A model generated the notes under the pieces. It was given only the letters and a program-made list of their open reading frames with translations. It was not told the DNA's origin and made no database searches. Shown here one piece after another: positions 60,926 through 64,000 of a DNA stretch of 64,000 nt. The translations under genes were made by a program, and so were the position numbers. Location: the IMG/VR virus record IMGVR_UViG_3300005440_000007; one strand, given 5' to 3'. Position 1 is the stretch's first letter, and each line of letters starts with the position of its first letter. The DNA comes from an uncultured virus (IMG/VR IMGVR_UViG_3300005440_000007). Its lineage: Duplodnaviria; Heunggongvirae; Uroviricota; Caudoviricetes.

Positions 60926-62135
60926 TGATCCTTCCCGCCAAGTGCATCAAAAGCGCCTTCGCTCGATTGTCCCAGGAATGTTCCCTGCGGGTCCGGTCAT
61001 ATCCGGCACGCCGGACGCGCTCGCGTTCCTGGTCGTTTTTGATCCAATAGTCGAGCTGGGCGTCAAGCTCATCCATGGAATCGTAGATGGCGACTTCCCG
61101 ATTGATCTTGAACTGAAGCTCCAGGCCCGGAGTCCGCGGCGTGAGCAGGAATCCGCCGGCACCGGGGACGATGTAGTTTCTGGTCGACCAGTACCCTTGG
61201 ACGTCATTTCGGAAGCTGTCGCCGACGATCACCTTGATCGTCTGAAGCCATGAGGAGAGTTCGACCCCGTACTTCCAGCTCCCGGCCTGGTCAAGGACGA
61301 TCCCGCCATGCTTCCTCACGATGGAGGCGATTTGCTTCCGACGCGGGCTGTAGAGCGATCCGATGAAGGCGCAAGGAATGGTTGGCTTCGGAGAAAATGG
61401 CGCCACGACCGACTCGCAAGCTCCCGGAAGATAGCCGTGATTCCGCAATCCGAACGAAGCCGCCCAGCTGTATTGGTCCGAAGAAAGGAAAAGGGTGGCT
61501 CGCCGTCCGGCCTCGATGATGGATCTGCGTTCGGGAAGATCGGGAAGCCAGTCGAGCGTCCACACAATCGTAGGGTGGGTCTTTCTCCAGATGTCCAGAC
61601 GGGCGATAGACCCGGGGTGGCCCGTGAAGAGCGCCCACTCCGCCTGCTTGAGCGGCGGCCGCGGGAGATCCTGGTTGACGCGGTGAATCACGACGCCGAG
61701 GCGCTCGAGAGCATCGGCGAGGTACGACTCGTCCGGATGCTGTCTCCAAGGCCACGGAACAAACCGTCCCACGACCGCGATCCCAGACCTGGGCTCCGGC
61801 CCCGCAGATGCGGGACGCGACGGCTGGGGAGGAACAATCTGAGGGCGCGTGAGGTCGAGCGGAACCTTGAGTTGTGGCTGAACCCGGACCCCAAGCCGCC
61901 TCATGGCGTCTTTGGTCGACGGCAAGCCGGCCTTTTTCACGCCAGGCTGCACGCGCTGCCCGGACATGGAAGCCTTGGCTTCCTTGAGGGGAGGCTCGGC
62001 TCGCTCTCCCAGAGGGTTTTTGCTCTGGGGAGCATTCTTCGTCGGAGGCGCCACGCGTTCCCCGAGAGGGTTCTTCTTTGGGGCGGGGCGCCCAGGCCCG
62101 CGTGGAATTTTTCTGCCGAAGGACGACGGGATCAA
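60912..62135 (-). CDS. CgeB-like GT-B glycosyltransferase with basic Pro-rich N-terminus
   Basis: FIGS.Y..R..YWS.R.Y..G.GGFLLT; duplicated KNPLGER motif. Confidence 0.85.
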   Translation of the reverse strand: MIPSSFGRKIPRGPGRPAPKKNPLGERVAPPTKNAPQSKNPLGERAEPPLKEAKASMSGQRVQPGVKKAGLPSTKDAMRRLGVRVQPQLKVPLDLTRPQIVPPQPSRPASAGPEPRSGIAVVGRFVPWPWRQHPDESYLADALERLGVVIHRVNQDLPRPPLKQAEWALFTGHPGSIARLDIWRKTHPTIVWTLDWLPDLPERRSIIEAGRRATLFLSSDQYSWAASFGLRNHGYLPGACESVVAPFSPKPTIPCAFIGSLYSPRRKQIASIVRKHGGIVLDQAGSWKYGVELSSWLQTIKVIVGDSFRNDVQGYWSTRNYIVPGAGGFLLTPRTPGLELQFKINREVAIYDSMDELDAQLDYWIKNDQERERVRRAGYDRTRREHSWDNRAKALLMHLAGRINAAP

Positions 62136-62144
62136 GAGTTCCCC

Positions 62145-62507
62145 CTACAGATCCAGGCCCTGCTCAAGCTTTTTCGCCACCAGGAACAGCATCCACGACA
62201 CTGCACACGCCATGAGGCCGTCGAGCACCATAGCCTGCCACCACACGCCGCAGACAGCGCTCGCCGGAGATGTCACCCTCCACGAAACGGCCATCCCGAT
62301 CCAGAAGGACAGGCATGCCGTGCAGTAGAAGAGATCGCCGACTTTCGGGATTCGACCCAGGAATTTCCTTTGGTCGAACGGATGCTTCGGAGAAGAGCAT
62401 CCCTCCCTCTCGCAATATCCCTCTCCGAAGATGTACTTCCCGATCTTCAGGACTGATATCGCCGTGGCGAGTCCATGCACCGCCATCAGGAAGATGAACA
62501 GCGCCAC
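62145..62507 (-). CDS. DUF1360-like membrane protein
   Basis: GDLF.CTACLSFWIG plus TM helices. Confidence 0.7.
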   Translation of the reverse strand: MALFIFLMAVHGLATAISVLKIGKYIFGEGYCEREGCSSPKHPFDQRKFLGRIPKVGDLFYCTACLSFWIGMAVSWRVTSPASAVCGVWWQAMVLDGLMACAVSWMLFLVAKKLEQGLDL

Positions 62508-62509
62508 GG

Positions 62510-62581
62510 CTAAGTACTCTTTCCTGTGCAGCAGTGGGCGACAGGGCGGAGCATGAAGCGCTTCATCCAGATGTTGATCAT
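62510..62581 (-). CDS. possible 23-aa peptide MINIWMKRFMLRPVAHCCTGKST
   Basis: GGAGGGG SD; ATGA coupling; fills the gap. Confidence 0.45.
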   Translation of the reverse strand: MINIWMKRFMLRPVAHCCTGKST

Positions 62582-63084
62582 GATTGCTTGACCCCTCCTT
62601 TGGCCTTGAGCTGCTTGCCGAGTTCCTCGAACCCGGCCTGGGCGGTCACGACGGGCACCGCCGGCGTGATGACCTTCTTTCCCGTGATTTCGGAGAGCTC
62701 CTGGCTGCAGAACGGGAGAATGTTCGCCATGGCCACGAAGCAGGTGCATTCTCCGATGTCCTCGGGGCCGGGGCCGGTCTTGTGCCACACCCCGAAGGTA
62801 TGGATCTCGGGGAAATGCTTGAAGGCGATGAAGAACGCCGCGATGCTCGCGCTGATCTCGTTGGGCGCGGCCATGACGAGACGCTTCGACCCCGCGCCGG
62901 AGAAGAACTCGACCATGAACTTCTGCGCGCTCGGATCCTCGAACGCGTTCTTGGGCTCCCTCGAGGTCCCGGCCTGCTGAACGGCGGGAGCCTGTCCGGG
63001 TTCCGTCGGCTGAGGGGGCATGACGGGGGCCTTCACCGCGCTCTCGGGCGTCGGCTGGAATCTGGCCGAGGGATCGGTCGCCAT
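62578..63084 (-). CDS. hypothetical protein
   Basis: GGAGG SD. Confidence 0.75.
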   Translation of the reverse strand: MATDPSARFQPTPESAVKAPVMPPQPTEPGQAPAVQQAGTSREPKNAFEDPSAQKFMVEFFSGAGSKRLVMAAPNEISASIAAFFIAFKHFPEIHTFGVWHKTGPGPEDIGECTCFVAMANILPFCSQELSEITGKKVITPAVPVVTAQAGFEELGKQLKAKGGVKQS

Positions 63085-63102
63085 TTTTATCCTCCCGATG
63101 AT

Positions 63103-63627
63103 CTAAAGAACTTTCTGGGCCCGAAGGAACTGGGACAGGATCTGTGCAGGCTGGCCGTTGAGCGTGATGGGCTTCCTTCCCGCCACACGAACGACGAGCG
63201 ACGGGCCGTCCGGCCCGTTGCCGGTGGATTCGACGGAGAGGATGTCCAGGCCCGCGAGATTGACTCCGGCGTACCGCCGATTGGGATCGGCAGCCTGGAC
63301 ACGCTTGATCACTTCGAAGAAGCGCGTGGAATGACCGAAGCAGACCTTCTTGGCATGCTTCTCGTCCCGGACCCAGTCACAGCAGGGATCGAGCACGACC
63401 ACCTGGCCGTAGACCTCGTGATCGTACACGTCGAGGACCAGGAAGTCGTTCGGCCATCCGAACTTGAAAAGCCGGAGCGGCGTGGCCGGCTGCGCGTCGG
63501 GATCGACGATCGCCTCCGGTGTGAGGCGGACGCGGTCTCCGGGGGAGACGTCGAGATGGAACGGCTTCTCGGCCTTTTCCTCCGGCGCGGCGTCAGACTT
63601 CTTTTCAGGCTCCTTCGCCTCGGTCAT
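63103..63627 (-). CDS. hypothetical protein
   Basis: ATGA coupling to the RHH gene. Confidence 0.75.
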   Translation of the reverse strand: MTEAKEPEKKSDAAPEEKAEKPFHLDVSPGDRVRLTPEAIVDPDAQPATPLRLFKFGWPNDFLVLDVYDHEVYGQVVVLDPCCDWVRDEKHAKKVCFGHSTRFFEVIKRVQAADPNRRYAGVNLAGLDILSVESTGNGPDGPSLVVRVAGRKPITLNGQPAQILSQFLRAQKVL

Positions 63628-63833
63628 TTGCCGTTCGCGCTCTTCTTAGCGCCCTCCGGGATCTTCAGAAGACGGCGAAGCGTTCTGTCGATGGATTCTC
63701 CCCAGTTGGCCTTGGTGATGATGAACTGGTGGACCGTGGGGCTTACGCGAACGGGAACCGTCGCGTGCTCCTCTTCCACGGGGGGAGGAGGCGGTTTGGT
63801 CTTTCGCTGCTCGGCCTTTGGACTTGCCGCCAT
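63624..63833 (-). CDS. ribbon-helix-helix DNA-binding protein (candidate repressor)
   Basis: TVPVRVSPTVHQFI....GESIDRTLRRLL strand-helix-G-helix pattern. Confidence 0.7.
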   Translation of the reverse strand: MAASPKAEQRKTKPPPPPVEEEHATVPVRVSPTVHQFIITKANWGESIDRTLRRLLKIPEGAKKSANGK

Positions 63834-63873
63834 GTCTCGCTACCCCTTTCAAAGATTGACTGTTCGCATACGG

Positions 63874-63902
63874 AATATACCGCGTATACGCCTACCAGTC
63901 AA
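63874..63902 (-). promoter_or_regulatory. sigma70 promoter with GCGTATACGC operator in spacer
   Basis: TTGACT-GGTAGGCGTATACGCGG-TATATT. Confidence 0.88.
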
Positions 63903-63916
63903 GAGGTAAGCGAGGC

Positions 63917-64000
63917 TCAGGCGGTCGGAGCTCGAACCACCGCGCTTTGCTGCTCGATGGGTGGGATCGTCTTCGGAGGTTCGGCGTTCGTCGCGGCGAC
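63917..64000 (-). CDS. 3' end of a gene truncated by the window
   Basis: VAATNAEPPKTIPPIEQQSAVVRAPTA*. Confidence 0.55.
   Translation of the reverse strand, partial: VAATNAEPPKTIPPIEQQSAVVRAPTA

Noticed and set aside
63915..63950. GGTTCGA on the minus strand resembling a tRNA T-loop
   Set aside because: No cloverleaf can be built; the sequence reads as the end of an ORF (..VVRAPTA*).
1..64000. Viral hallmark genes, rRNA, tRNA, transposases
   Set aside because: None recognisable by eye; the viral assignment remains an inference from gene content and organisation.

Overview
GC-rich, gene-dense segment of what is most likely a large bacterial virus or virus-like element. No capsid, terminase, portal, polymerase or integrase is recognisable in this window, so the viral call rests on gene architecture and phage-typical families. 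One secreted protein looks Planctomycetota-like, a weak host hint. Bases 1-6.3 kb are a plus-strand run of small, often Cys-rich ORFs plus an ECF-type sigma factor; almost everything after that is minus strand. 'Early-type' blocks of small accessory genes include a DEDD exoribonuclease, DUF4031, DUF1643, MazG-like proteins, a macro domain, ART-like proteins and a Lar-like protein. They alternate with 'late-type' blocks of Pro/Thr/Cys-rich or membrane-anchored proteins and small enzymes (ParB-like, GNAT, papain-like, RelE, NUDIX, HAD, PAPS-reductase family). A ~15 kb glycosylation cluster (47.3-62.1 kb) holds about 12 glycosyltransferases, methyltransferases and an unambiguous UDP-sulfoquinovose synthase. 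Signals not explained by the ORF track: (1) five sigma70 promoters carrying a palindromic CGTATACG operator, one directly upstream of a ribbon-helix-helix gene; (2) a shared Arg/Phe/Pro-rich leader ending in [LM]-[GAS]-[QAG] on about 12 late-type proteins; (3) hairpins that fold the -10 box over the translation start of late-block first genes; (4) three structured non-coding elements, one a 157-nt rod with 6S-like architecture; (5) a GT11 gene inverted exactly from start to stop codon inside the glycan operon; (6) short direct repeats at gene junctions, suggesting cassette-like gene acquisition. All family calls are by motif recognition only; no searches were run.
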